From Candidatus Bathyarchaeota archaeon (GTDB lineage: Archaea; Thermoproteota; Bathyarchaeia; Bathyarchaeales; Bathycorpusculaceae), in NCBI GenBank assembly GCA_963811105.1, contig CAWEPZ010000011.1, forward strand, positions 1,344,001-1,408,000: a stretch of 64,000 nt of DNA, in the 5' to 3' direction. Each line of letters begins with the position of its first letter. Position 1 is the first letter of the stretch. Position numbers and translations under genes: made by a program. This document shows, piece after piece, positions 37,343-47,487 of this stretch. A model generated the notes under the pieces. It did not search any database, had not been told where the DNA came from, and saw nothing but the letters and a program-made list of their open reading frames with translations.

Positions 37343-37805
37343 TTAAAAACTTAAAGGCCCCAGCAAGCATAGAGATACGCACAGGAATTTTTGCCTGCAT
37401 AAGTTTCTAACGACTACTTTGTTTTTAAAAGTTGTTAAGTGTTGCTGGAGTGGCTATTCACATGGGATGAGCCTAATTATTTAAGAGAAACCCGGCTAGT
37501 TGGGAACAAACCTCTCTTCTCAATAAGCGAGTCGGACCGAACTTACATACAAAAGGGTATGAGTATTTAAGAGCTAAGACTTACTATATACCGTTATTAT
37601 CATTCCCTGCGGACCAAGTTTGAGGCTTTCCGTCTCTTAAGATAAACGGTATCAAAAGTCGTTTCCACAAATAGGATAAATCCGCGTTTCAAACGTTCGG
37701 AAGTATCTTCAACGTGTTATTGGAGATAATTCAACTGGTGTTGAGCGGGGGTGATTCTAGCCCCAGTTTTACGAGCAAAAACCTTTTGATGAATATTTAA
37801 AGAAA

Positions 37806-37857
37806 TGGGTTCGATGGAATTTGAACCATGCCTTCTAGCTTAGAAGTCTGCGGGTCT
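37806..37857 (-). pseudogene. Degenerate tRNA-Arg(TCT)-like remnant
   Basis: Minus strand AGACCCG-CAGA-CTTCTAA-GCTAGAAGGCAT-GGTTCAAATTCC-ATCGAACCCA: anticodon loop CT-TCT-AA, T-loop and acceptor-like 3' end, D-arm missing. Confidence 0.45.
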
Positions 37858-37858
37858 T

Positions 37859-38344
37859 CTATTGTTTGTCGTACTTTTCGACTTCATCATTTACTATCGT
37901 TAGTTCAATACATGCCTGCTTGAACATCTCTCTCGTATCTGCATCAGCATGATACCGCTTGTCACAAACCACCCTTTTAATGCCAGCGTTGATTATCATC
38001 ATGGCACAGGTTCGGCAGGGGGTCATTTTACAAAAAAGAGTAGCTCCCTCAAGTGATATTCCAAACCTAGCGGCTTGAATTATGGCGTTTTGTTCTGCAT
38101 GAAGAGTTCGTACACAGTGCTGCGTTACATTTCCGTTGTTGTCAAATACTTTGCGCATGTCGTGTCCTGCTTCGTCGCAATGAGGTAAACCAGAGGGAGC
38201 GCCAACATAACCAGTCGTCATTATTCGTTTATCCTTAACGATTACGCAGCCACTTCTTCCTCGATCACAAGTCGCACGCTTTGCCACAGCTTCACATAAA
38301 TCTAAAAAGTACTTGTCCCAATTGGGTCTTGAATTGTTCTCCAA
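37859..38344 (-). CDS. dCMP deaminase (ComEB-like)
   Basis: RATC.R, TGY.GAP, HAEQNA and PCRTC. Confidence 0.92.
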   Translation of the reverse strand: MENNSRPNWDKYFLDLCEAVAKRATCDRGRSGCVIVKDKRIMTTGYVGAPSGLPHCDEAGHDMRKVFDNNGNVTQHCVRTLHAEQNAIIQAARFGISLEGATLFCKMTPCRTCAMMIINAGIKRVVCDKRYHADADTREMFKQACIELTIVNDEVEKYDKQ

Positions 38345-38412
38345 CAGTGTTCCGCCTCAAGCTTAGATGGATACTTCAATAAAACAAATTAATAAATCAT
38401 ATCGAACAACCA

Positions 38413-39705
38413 TTATTTCTGATAGATGTGAATTTCTCTGCCTGTAATGTGCCGTTCATCAATCTCAACTAGGGACCGCATGCAAACAAACTCTTCAAAT
38501 ACCCTGGCCTTCTCGGAAAACATATCTCTAGAAAAAGCCTGTACAAGCTTAAAGCCGCAATTCAAAAGTTTTTCTTCAATAGGCATAGTCACTGCTTGTC
38601 CTGAACGAACTTTAAAATAGGGTGTCACAAGCACCAATCGTCCATTACTTTTTAGCACTCGATAGGCTTCTTCAACAAAACCAAAATAAAGAGGCTCAAG
38701 CTTCTGAATAATTTTCAACGCATAAGGTCTGGTAGGTACCTGACGCAAAGCGGGTCCCAAATCTGGCTCTGAAACAATACAATCAACCGTTTCTTGCCCA
38801 ACCTTCTGGGATAGCCTACTCACATCGCCCTGTACAACCCGAAAATCCGCATCGCTAAGGTTGTATTCGTTTGCAAGCCACTCAAGATTCTCATTCGCGG
38901 CTTTAACGCACCAAGGATTGACATCCACCCCAACAACTTTCGCTTTCTCAAGTATTGCTTCCTGAAGGATTGTGCCAACTCCGCAAAAGGGGTCAAGTAA
39001 AGTTTTTCCAGAGGTGCAGGCCGATAAATTAACCATTATCCGAGCTAACCTTGGGGGGATAGCAAAAATTGTGCGTTGATTAGGCTTGTAGATGTCTCTT
39101 TTTTGAAATTCAAAAGGGTTATGCACGCCTACGGTTGTTGCAACCCAGGTGTCTTCTTTATCGATAAATACCAATACTTCCGTTTTGTTTTCAACTAGAT
39201 TCTTCTTTAATACTTCAACATGGGTTAACTGAGCTTGTCTTCTGTCTTTAGAAAAACCCATGAACTTTGATTTCCTTCCAGAATCTGCCAACTCATCTTT
39301 TACAGTGCTTCCGATAAACCGCTGAATAACTCCCGATAATTGGTGTAGCTTGTTTTCAGCACAATACACGCTTACTCCAAAAAGCATTTTCTCAGACGAT
39401 TTAGCCATCTCATTAACTAATCCACTTGAAGCGATAGATTGGGCTATTCGAGATTGGGATTGTTTGTTTTTGTCAAGAAATGCTACCTTCACAATTTGAG
39501 TAGCAAACCTTGTTTTTTCTTCGCCAATTTTTATTGTTCCGCCTAAATCATCGATAGCGACAGAGCCTTCTTCAATGTTAAGTGCAAAAAACTCACTTGA
39601 AAAAAATTCTACTTCAAATTTGATTTCTCTTGCTTTTAGGTAAGAGATAATCTCTGCTAAGGAAATCTTCCAGTTTTTTCCTGAAACAAACAACTTTGTT
39701 GGCAT
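38413..39705 (-). CDS. RNA (guanine-N2) methyltransferase, Trm11/TrmG10-like
   Basis: PPRLARIMVNL, LLDPFCGVGTIL.EA and a variant motif IV (VSEPDLG). Confidence 0.75.
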   Translation of the reverse strand: MPTKLFVSGKNWKISLAEIISYLKAREIKFEVEFFSSEFFALNIEEGSVAIDDLGGTIKIGEEKTRFATQIVKVAFLDKNKQSQSRIAQSIASSGLVNEMAKSSEKMLFGVSVYCAENKLHQLSGVIQRFIGSTVKDELADSGRKSKFMGFSKDRRQAQLTHVEVLKKNLVENKTEVLVFIDKEDTWVATTVGVHNPFEFQKRDIYKPNQRTIFAIPPRLARIMVNLSACTSGKTLLDPFCGVGTILQEAILEKAKVVGVDVNPWCVKAANENLEWLANEYNLSDADFRVVQGDVSRLSQKVGQETVDCIVSEPDLGPALRQVPTRPYALKIIQKLEPLYFGFVEEAYRVLKSNGRLVLVTPYFKVRSGQAVTMPIEEKLLNCGFKLVQAFSRDMFSEKARVFEEFVCMRSLVEIDERHITGREIHIYQK

Positions 39706-39869
39706 ATGGAAAATGAAAAGTTAACTAAGTATATAAGATGACGCGCCTATCGACCTGAAAAAAAGCATGATTGCAAAAAAAAGAATTGAAAAATTGACAC
39801 GATGCTTTGGTGCAACGTTACAAATCGTTTAAATACCGCTAAATCAGTAATGCTAAAAAGGGACGTTTC

Positions 39870-40412
39870 ATGCACGCAAAGAACTACAGGCACGTTAAGA
39901 ATCGAGCCTATACAAGAAAAGAATACGCCAGAGGGTTCCCTCCACCAAAAATAGTAAAGTTCACTATGGGTGATACAAAGGGTACCTTTGACGTCGAAGC
40001 TAGATTAGTGGCTTTAGAACGAGCTCAAATACGTCACAGTGCGCTTGAAGCAATGCGTGTGGCCGCGAACCGTATTTTAATGGATAAACTCGTGAATGAT
40101 TACCTAATGGTTGTTAATGTTTACCCTCACATTATCCTAAGAGAAAACAAAATGATTTTCGGCGCCCATGCTGACCGACTCCAACAAGGAATGAGACGTT
40201 CCTTCGGAACAGCTATTGGTACTGCCGCAAAAGTAGAAGTAGACCAAACCATAATAACCGTAAGAGTGAAAGCTGCTGCAGCTGAAATAGCCAAAGAATC
40301 ACTCAAAAGAGGAAGCGCAAAACTTCCCATCCCCTGCAAAGTAGTTGTTTCCAAAATTGAAGCTTCTCCAGAAGTAGCTGAAACGGCTGAACCGGAGTCG
40401 GAGACAAGTTGA
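39870..40412 (+). CDS. rpl10e: 50S ribosomal protein L10e (uL16)
   Basis: AYTRKEY, QIRHSALEA.R and RENKM..GAHADRLQQGMR.SFG. Confidence 0.95.
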   Translation: MHAKNYRHVKNRAYTRKEYARGFPPPKIVKFTMGDTKGTFDVEARLVALERAQIRHSALEAMRVAANRILMDKLVNDYLMVVNVYPHIILRENKMIFGAHADRLQQGMRRSFGTAIGTAAKVEVDQTIITVRVKAAAAEIAKESLKRGSAKLPIPCKVVVSKIEASPEVAETAEPESETS

Positions 40413-42838
40413 GCGCAAAAGAGAAAGAACTGGTTTTATGGTTTGAAGATGTAAGAAATACTGATGTTCCTTTGGTTGGCGGCAAAAATGCCAGCCTTGG
40501 AGAAATGATTAATGCCGGTTTACCTGTTCCACCAGGTTTTGCCGTAACTGCTTATTCTTATGAAAAATATATTCAAGAAAAAAGTATAGCTGAAAAAATT
40601 TATAAAATAATTTCGGAAACAGTCACAGATCTAAATGACCCCAAGCAATATGATACAGCTTCTAAGAAAATCCGTGAATTAATCGAAAAGACTCCGATGC
40701 CCAAACAAATCGAAACTGCCGTAAGAACAGCTTACAAAGAACTTAACCAACGTCTTGAGCTAGAGGACACTTTTGTTGCGGTGCGTTCAAGTGCTACTGC
40801 AGAGGATTTGCCCGACGCATCTTTTGCAGGTCAACAAGAAACTTACCTGAACGTTAAAGGCGCCGACGACTTAATTGACAAAGTAAGAAAATGCTGGTCA
40901 AGCCTATTTACGCCACGAGCCATCTTTTATCGCAATGAAAAAGGCTTCCCACACGAGAAAGTCTTCATAAGTGTTGGCGTCCAAAAAATGGTTAATTCCG
41001 GATGCGCTGGAGTCATGTTTACCATAAACCCAGTTACCGGCAACCATGACGAAATTGTTATCGAAGGCAATTACGGCTTAGGAGAAACCGTAGTTTCAGG
41101 CGTTGTTAACCCTGACGACTTTGTTATTGATAAGATTACAAACACAATTAAGGAGAGAAGGATAGCTCGCAAAACAATAGAGTTCATCCGAGATCCCATC
41201 ACAGGTAAAACAGTGCACTTAGAAGTGCCAGCTGAAAAACAGAAGATAACCTGTATGGAAGACCGAGAACTCTTGACCCTTGCAGAACTTGCAAATCGGA
41301 TCGAAGCGCATTATCACAAACCCATGGATATCGAATGGGCAATTGACCAAGACCTATCATATCCACAGAACATGTTCATAGTTCAAGCTAGGCCAGAAAC
41401 GGTTTTTGGTACAAAAGCTATGGAAGCGCCTAAAATGGAAGAATCGAAACATGAACAATTAAAAGTAATTGTAAGAGGCATCTCTGCTGGACGAAGGGGC
41501 TACGGTATAGGAAAAGCGACAATTGTCCTCAACCCTGACGACGCACATAGAGATATGAAAAAGGGAGATATTCTTGTTACAGGAATGACTGATCCCGACT
41601 TTGTACCATTTATGAAAATGGCAAGTGCTATAGTTACTGACAAAGGCGGAATCACCTCTCACGCAGCAATCGTTAGCCGAGAACTTAACATTCCGTGCGT
41701 TGTTGGGACGGAAATAGGAACTCAGGTAATGAAAACGGGCCAAGATTACACTGTTGACTCAAGAAACGGCGTAATTTACGAAGGGATAATGGAGCAAGCT
41801 CTTCAACCAACAGCCGCCACAAACGGATCCGGTGCAGTAATGCAAATTGAAGATTCCGGTCCAGTAACAGGCACAAAAATTTATATGAATTTGGGAACGC
41901 CTGAGATGATTGAACAATACAAGAATCTGCCGTTTGAAGGCATCGGCTTAATGCGCACCGAATTCATCTTAGCTAGCGCAATAGGACAGCACCCAATGGC
42001 ATTTGTTGACGCAGGTCAAAGTCAACAGTTCGTTGACAAACTAGCTGAAGGCGTTGCAACCGTAGCACGCGCAATTCAGCCGAAACCAGTCGTTGTACGC
42101 TTAAGTGACTTCAAAACTAACGAGTACAGAGGCTTAAAAGGCGGAGAAAAATACGAAATAGTTGAAGAAAACCCCATGTTGGGTTGGAGAGGATGCAGCC
42201 GCTACATAAGCAAATGGTATATCCAAGCCTTCAGACTTGAATGCCAAGCCATAAAGAAATGCCGCACCGAATGGGGTCTTAAAAACGTTTACGTAATGCT
42301 TCCAATGGTTCGCACTCTTTGGGAAGCCAAGAAAGTTCTTGAAATAATGAAAGAAGAAGGCTTAGAGCGTAGTCGAGACTTCAAAGTTTGGTTTATGGCT
42401 GAAACACCGTCAATCGGAATAATGGCTGACGAATTCTCGAAGCTAGTTGATGGGTTCTCGATAGGATCAAACGACATGACTCAAGGCGTATTAATGATTG
42501 ATCGCGACTCTGAACGCTTAGGACAAATGGGATACTTCGACGAAAGAGACCCCGCAGTAAAAAGAATCATCGCCCACCTCATCAAAGCAGCACACGAAAA
42601 CGGATGTACAGTATCCATCTGCGGTGAAGGACCCTCAAATCTTCCAGACTTCGCAGAATTCCTCGTCCGAGTAGGAATCGACAGCATTTCGGTAAACAAC
42701 GACACCGTAATAACCACGAGAAAGAACGTTGCCGCTATAGAACAAAAAATAATTCTTGAACGCTTAGCTGAACAAGCAGCGATAATCCGCGGGCAACCAC
42801 TTAAAAAACCAACCCAAGACTGGGAATGGAACCCGTAA
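40409..42838 (+). CDS. ppsA: Phosphoenolpyruvate synthase
   Basis: VGGKNASLGEM, AVRSSATAED...SFAGQQET, phospho-His GGITSHAAIVSRE, ENPMLGWRG and SIGSND. Confidence 0.96.
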   Translation: MSAKEKELVLWFEDVRNTDVPLVGGKNASLGEMINAGLPVPPGFAVTAYSYEKYIQEKSIAEKIYKIISETVTDLNDPKQYDTASKKIRELIEKTPMPKQIETAVRTAYKELNQRLELEDTFVAVRSSATAEDLPDASFAGQQETYLNVKGADDLIDKVRKCWSSLFTPRAIFYRNEKGFPHEKVFISVGVQKMVNSGCAGVMFTINPVTGNHDEIVIEGNYGLGETVVSGVVNPDDFVIDKITNTIKERRIARKTIEFIRDPITGKTVHLEVPAEKQKITCMEDRELLTLAELANRIEAHYHKPMDIEWAIDQDLSYPQNMFIVQARPETVFGTKAMEAPKMEESKHEQLKVIVRGISAGRRGYGIGKATIVLNPDDAHRDMKKGDILVTGMTDPDFVPFMKMASAIVTDKGGITSHAAIVSRELNIPCVVGTEIGTQVMKTGQDYTVDSRNGVIYEGIMEQALQPTAATNGSGAVMQIEDSGPVTGTKIYMNLGTPEMIEQYKNLPFEGIGLMRTEFILASAIGQHPMAFVDAGQSQQFVDKLAEGVATVARAIQPKPVVVRLSDFKTNEYRGLKGGEKYEIVEENPMLGWRGCSRYISKWYIQAFRLECQAIKKCRTEWGLKNVYVMLPMVRTLWEAKKVLEIMKEEGLERSRDFKVWFMAETPSIGIMADEFSKLVDGFSIGSNDMTQGVLMIDRDSERLGQMGYFDERDPAVKRIIAHLIKAAHENGCTVSICGEGPSNLPDFAEFLVRVGIDSISVNNDTVITTRKNVAAIEQKIILERLAEQAAIIRGQPLKKPTQDWEWNP

Positions 42839-42966
42839 AACAAAGCTAACAATCAAGACAGCATCGTTATACAGAAGACTCATTAAAACTCCAATAGGTG
42901 ACTTTGCGTACCTCCAAATGAGAAAAAACAACAATAGAAGTTAAGAAAAGGAGAGAATGAGAAAAA

Positions 42967-43365
42967 ATGGCAGAACCATTTGAGCGAGATATACGCAACC
43001 ACCCTCTAGTTCGCACATTCCTTCATACTAATCAAGCTGACTTAGCCAACCCAGATCCAGATATTGAATTGATGAAACGAGTGTTTGCATGGATAAGTAA
43101 TGAAGGAGAATGCGTAACAGGGGAACCTTCAAAAAGGTTGGATGCTATTCAAGTTTTATCCAAAATAAGATTTTGGACAGAAAGGCATTTTTCGAATTTT
43201 ACCAATCTTTGCATTGAAACACGACGAGAATCCAAGAAAGTTGGAAAAGATTTGCGGAAAGATGAAGACAACATGAGTTCGTGGCACTCACGTTACAAGT
43301 TCCATTTTGGCCCTGTAGGCGCAGAGGGCGAGCGTGAAAAACGTGGGCCTCCAGATTCTTTCTAA
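42967..43365 (+). CDS. Hypothetical protein (orphan-like)
   Basis: 132-aa ORF with upstream GGAG. No recognisable motif. Confidence 0.5.
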   Translation: MAEPFERDIRNHPLVRTFLHTNQADLANPDPDIELMKRVFAWISNEGECVTGEPSKRLDAIQVLSKIRFWTERHFSNFTNLCIETRRESKKVGKDLRKDEDNMSSWHSRYKFHFGPVGAEGEREKRGPPDSF

Positions 43366-43457
43366 TCCTGTTCGCTATCTGCAATAAGTCGGGCAATTTT
43401 TTGCACGCTGTTCACTACTGTAGTAATCTTTTTCTTTGCTGACAAACATTATGTAAA

Positions 43458-44474
43458 ATGATGACGAGAGATTGTATGTTAAAGTTTGATTTTGAAGAAG
43501 AAAGAATAAAGCAAGAGATAACTAAATTTGGAGCCAAACGAGTATTACTGCAATTTCCCGAAGGGTTAAAACCTGAAGGACCTCGAATAGCCCAGATTGT
43601 TGAGGAGGCAGGTGCACTTCCAATAATTTCTGCTGATCCATGCTACGGTGCCTGCGACATAGCGGTGAATGAAGCCGAAAGTTTAGGCGTTGATTTGATA
43701 GTGCATTTTGGACATGCGAAACTTATGATTTCCAAGATTCCGACAATTTATGTTGAAGCACGATCAACAGTACCGGTTAAAGAGGCTGTCGAGAAAGCTT
43801 TACCGCTCCTGAGTAACTACATTAAAATCGGTTTAGCTACCACAGTGCAACATCTAGATACGCTAAAACAGGCAAGAACCATATTGCTAAAAGCTGGAAA
43901 AACAGTAATCATTGGTACTTGTGAACAAATGAGTTATCCAGGTCAAGTCACTGGCTGCAATTACGGCAACGTAAAATCTATCGCAGATCAAGTTGATGTT
44001 TTTCTTTTCATCGGCGGCGGAATGTTTCATGCCTTAGGTATTGCTTTAAGCACTTCAAAACCGACTTTTATAGCAGACCCCTATGATAATAGGGCTTTCT
44101 CAATTGATGATGAAGCCCAAAAAATCATTAAGCAACGTTGGGCATGCGTTCAAGAAGCGCTAAACGCCAAAACTTTAGGAGTTCTCATTGGTTCTAAACC
44201 AGGCCAAAAACACCTTGAGGAAGCATTAGTCATCAAAGAGATTGCGAAGCAACATGAGAAAACAGCTTATTTGTTGACTGTTAAAGAAATTATTCCTGAA
44301 ACTCTTTTGGAGTTTCCATCCATCGACGCATATGTCAATACAGCATGCCCCAGAATTTCTCTGGAAGCTCCACAAAAGTTTTCAAAGCCTATTCTAACTA
44401 TTAACGAGTTTATGGTAGCTATTGGCGAATACTCATGGGAGAACATGCTCAAAAAAGGATTATTCGAAAACTAG
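43458..44474 (+). CDS. dph2: Diphthamide biosynthesis radical SAM enzyme Dph2
   Basis: LQFPEGLK, PCYGACD, HFGH, GQVTGC, GGGMFH and TACPR. Confidence 0.93.
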   Translation: MMTRDCMLKFDFEEERIKQEITKFGAKRVLLQFPEGLKPEGPRIAQIVEEAGALPIISADPCYGACDIAVNEAESLGVDLIVHFGHAKLMISKIPTIYVEARSTVPVKEAVEKALPLLSNYIKIGLATTVQHLDTLKQARTILLKAGKTVIIGTCEQMSYPGQVTGCNYGNVKSIADQVDVFLFIGGGMFHALGIALSTSKPTFIADPYDNRAFSIDDEAQKIIKQRWACVQEALNAKTLGVLIGSKPGQKHLEEALVIKEIAKQHEKTAYLLTVKEIIPETLLEFPSIDAYVNTACPRISLEAPQKFSKPILTINEFMVAIGEYSWENMLKKGLFEN

Positions 44475-45139
44475 ATTTAGAGCTGCTTATCTCAAAAATT
44501 TGTCCCCAGCCTTCTCCTCAGGCACAACTTGAACAGTACACTCTCTCCCCGTCAATTGCCGCCACCATGTTGTATATAGCTGCTTATTCCAATAACAACA
44601 TTGTTGGCAAAACAGTTTTAGATTTAGGTTGTGGAACAGGTAGGCTGGCTTTAGGTGCCTCTTATCTTGGTGCCAAAGAAGTTGTAGCAGTTGACGTTGA
44701 TAGATTAGCTATTAAAACCGCGGTTGAAAACTCATCGAAACTGGGTTTGACAAAAAACATTCAATGGGTAATCAGTGACATTAATGCTGTCGCGGGCAAA
44801 TTTGATACTGTTCTGCAGAATCCGCCATTTGGAGTCCAGACACGTGAAGCTGACAGAGCTTTTTTAGTCAAAGCCTTGGAAGTAGGCAACTCCATTTACT
44901 CTATTCATAATCATCCCGAAGTCGATAGGCAATTAATCAAGCAGCTTAAAGCGAACCGTGATTTTTTGCAGGTGTTGCCTTCTCCCTTTTTAGAGGGCCT
45001 CATCTCTCAACATCATGGCATCGTTAAGGCCGTCTACGCCATGCTCATGACTATTCCCAAAATATTCGATTTTCACACGAAACTTAAGCACGACTTTGTC
45101 ATCGATTTATATGTAATTAAGAAAGATGCAGGCAAATAG
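44435..45139 (+). CDS. METTL5-family RNA methyltransferase
   Basis: LEQY, VLDLGCGTGRLA and NPPFG. Confidence 0.88.
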   Translation: MGEHAQKRIIRKLDLELLISKICPQPSPQAQLEQYTLSPSIAATMLYIAAYSNNNIVGKTVLDLGCGTGRLALGASYLGAKEVVAVDVDRLAIKTAVENSSKLGLTKNIQWVISDINAVAGKFDTVLQNPPFGVQTREADRAFLVKALEVGNSIYSIHNHPEVDRQLIKQLKANRDFLQVLPSPFLEGLISQHHGIVKAVYAMLMTIPKIFDFHTKLKHDFVIDLYVIKKDAGK

Positions 45140-45266
45140 TTTCTCTGTGGTCTGTAGGTTCATTTTTGCATATTCAACAAAAGGTTTATTGATAGGATAG
45201 GAAAATAAGCATATGCATTTATCAATCTAGGCTATTTAGCTTATTTAAGACATAAAGTGAACTAAC

Positions 45267-45851
45267 ATGAGTCTAAAATCACCTGAACAAAAAAGTAGCG
45301 GCCATTTAGTTGTTCCTGGCGAACGCTTAGGTGTTATTGAAGAATTTATTCCAGACGCAGGAACATACGTTAAAGACGGCGTCATCTACTCGAAAATAAT
45401 CGGTCGAGAATTACTTGATTTACTTAACAAACGTGTTTCTGTTTACCCACTAGTTAACGGCGCAGTCGTTCCAAAGCTTTCAACCGTGGTAGTGGGTCAA
45501 ATAGGTAACGCTCAATCTGACAACGTTTTGGTTAAAATTTTTAGGATAGGAAACAAAAAGCTCTCTGGAGAATTCAGCGGTATATTGCACATATCCGATG
45601 TTTCAGACAGGTACATCGATTCAATGAATGATGTGTGCAAACCTGGCGATATTGTGAGAGCTAAAGTAATCAGTGAAAAAAACCGAATCTACCACCTATC
45701 AACCGACGACAATAACTTAGGAATATTGTATGCTTTCTGTTCCAGATGCGGGAATATGTTGGAAACTCAACGTTACGAAATGCATTGTCCAAAATGCGGT
45801 AATGCAGAAAAACGAAAAACCGCACCAGATTATGGAAAAGAACCAATTTAG
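45267..45851 (+). CDS. csl4: Exosome subunit Csl4
   Basis: VVPGERLG..EEF, S1 domain (GDIVRAKV) and CSRCG...CPKCG..EKRK. Confidence 0.92.
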   Translation: MSLKSPEQKSSGHLVVPGERLGVIEEFIPDAGTYVKDGVIYSKIIGRELLDLLNKRVSVYPLVNGAVVPKLSTVVVGQIGNAQSDNVLVKIFRIGNKKLSGEFSGILHISDVSDRYIDSMNDVCKPGDIVRAKVISEKNRIYHLSTDDNNLGILYAFCSRCGNMLETQRYEMHCPKCGNAEKRKTAPDYGKEPI

Positions 45852-45870
45852 CCAAGAGGAGAAATAGCAA

Positions 45871-46152
45871 ATGAAAATTAATATCCAAAAAAAATCAGGT
45901 AACGAGCTTAAGATAGAAATTGAAGGCGCAACCCACGGAATCTGCAACTTAATGGCTAAGAGGCTTCTAGAGGACAAAACAGTAGAATTTGCAGGCTACG
46001 ATGTTCCACACCCTTTAGCGTCGAGCCCAATTATTTACGTCAGAATGAAGGGGGATGCTAAACCCGAAGATGCCTTACTTAAGGCTGTTGAAAAAATTAA
46101 GCAAACAAACAATGCCTTTAGTGAAGAACTAGAGCGTGCTCTAAAAGCTTAA
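45871..46152 (+). CDS. rpo11: RNA polymerase subunit Rpo11 (RpoL)
   Basis: EGATHGICNL...FAGYDVPHPL, in the csl4-rpoL context. Confidence 0.9.
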   Translation: MKINIQKKSGNELKIEIEGATHGICNLMAKRLLEDKTVEFAGYDVPHPLASSPIIYVRMKGDAKPEDALLKAVEKIKQTNNAFSEELERALKA

Positions 46153-46233
46153 TCTATTATCTCTTAAGGTCCAATTCATTTTAGGTTCTTCAGTTAAATA
46201 AAGAATAAAATTTGTTAAGATTCACCTTAAAAG

Positions 46234-46845
46234 GTGAAACATGATTATACGTTTTCAGGGAAAACTTTGGAAGCTAACGACTTTCGAGTGATAAAATCTG
46301 AAATCCGCATACTCGGTGTAGACGACGGCAAATTTGTACCTCACAAGGAAGGTGTAGTAAATGTTGTCGGAGTCGTTTTCAGAGGCGGCTTATGGCTTGA
46401 CGGAGTAATGCACACTGCTATTGCAATTGATGGTTTTGATGCCACTGAACAAATAGCTTCCATGATTAACAGTTCGCCCCATTGTAAACAGTTGCGTATA
46501 GTAATGCTAAGCGGAATAACGTTCGGCGGCTTCAACATAGTAGACCTCAAAAAGCTTAATTCAGCAACTAAACTTCCAGTTATTGCTTTAACCCGTGACA
46601 AGCCGGATTTAGAAGCAGTACGCAAAGCACTTAGCAACTTGTCTAAACCTGGCGAGCGTTGGAATACGATTCTTGCAGCCGGAGACATCCATGAAGTCCT
46701 ATGCAGGGGCAAAAAGATTTACATGGAGTTGGCTGGGCTTTCTGAATCCGATGCGAGAGAAATTGTTGTTTTGGCTTCAACGAGGAGCAGTTTTCCTGAG
46801 CCTTTGCGGGTTGCCCATCTTATTGCGTCAGGCACCAGTCCATGA
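46234..46845 (+). CDS. DUF99 / endonuclease V-like protein
   Basis: RILGVDDG, DGFDAT, GITFGGFNIVD and PEPLRVAHLIA. Confidence 0.85.
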   Translation: MKHDYTFSGKTLEANDFRVIKSEIRILGVDDGKFVPHKEGVVNVVGVVFRGGLWLDGVMHTAIAIDGFDATEQIASMINSSPHCKQLRIVMLSGITFGGFNIVDLKKLNSATKLPVIALTRDKPDLEAVRKALSNLSKPGERWNTILAAGDIHEVLCRGKKIYMELAGLSESDAREIVVLASTRSSFPEPLRVAHLIASGTSP

Positions 46846-46918
46846 TTCAGCTTGAATTAGAAAAAGTTTAAAAGATACAATGCTAAGGGAATCAAAACCG
46901 ATAATGAAGTGACGGTAT

Positions 46919-47275
46919 ATGGAATTCTGCCCTAAATGTGGATCTCGTCTAGAACCAAAGAAATCAAAGAGTGGTAAAGATGCTTCTTTAGTTCTTGCGT
47001 GCGCCAAATGTGGCTATAAGAAACCTGAAGCAGGCGGAAAAGGTGAACCTAAAGTGTCACCTAAAGTTATTCAGCATAGTCCACAACAATTTGTCGCCGT
47101 CATAGGCAAAGAAGAGCAGAAACTAAGCACGTTGCCAACCGTAAGGATTGAATGCCCCAGATGTGGAAACAACACAGCTTATGTGTGGCAAGTTCAAACA
47201 CGGGGGGCCGATGAATCTTCAACTCAATTTCTGCGCTGTACCAAATGCAATTACACATTCAGAGAGTACAGCTAG
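46919..47275 (+). CDS. tfs: Transcription factor S
   Basis: FCPKCG, CPRCG and the acidic hairpin QTRGADE. Confidence 0.93.
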   Translation: MEFCPKCGSRLEPKKSKSGKDASLVLACAKCGYKKPEAGGKGEPKVSPKVIQHSPQQFVAVIGKEEQKLSTLPTVRIECPRCGNNTAYVWQVQTRGADESSTQFLRCTKCNYTFREYS

Positions 47276-47487
47276 ACGCAGTTTTCTAATTTTTAGCTCT
47301 GCTGTTTCTTAATAATTACTTTTTTAGTTTCGTTTTTAGTAAAAGAATTATCTTCGCTTCTTTGAAATAATTTTTTGCCAAGCGTTCAGTTTTTGGATTT
47401 GATTAGAACAATTTATTTATTAGCATAGAGAGTAATCATAAGCTATATAACTTTATAATAATATGCAATAGCAAGGAAGAAAATAAC

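Noticed and set aside
37745-37775. GCGGGGGTGATTCTAGCCCCAG as a tRNA 5' end or split tRNA
   Set aside because: No anticodon or T arm follows, and there is no complementary partner or BHB motif.
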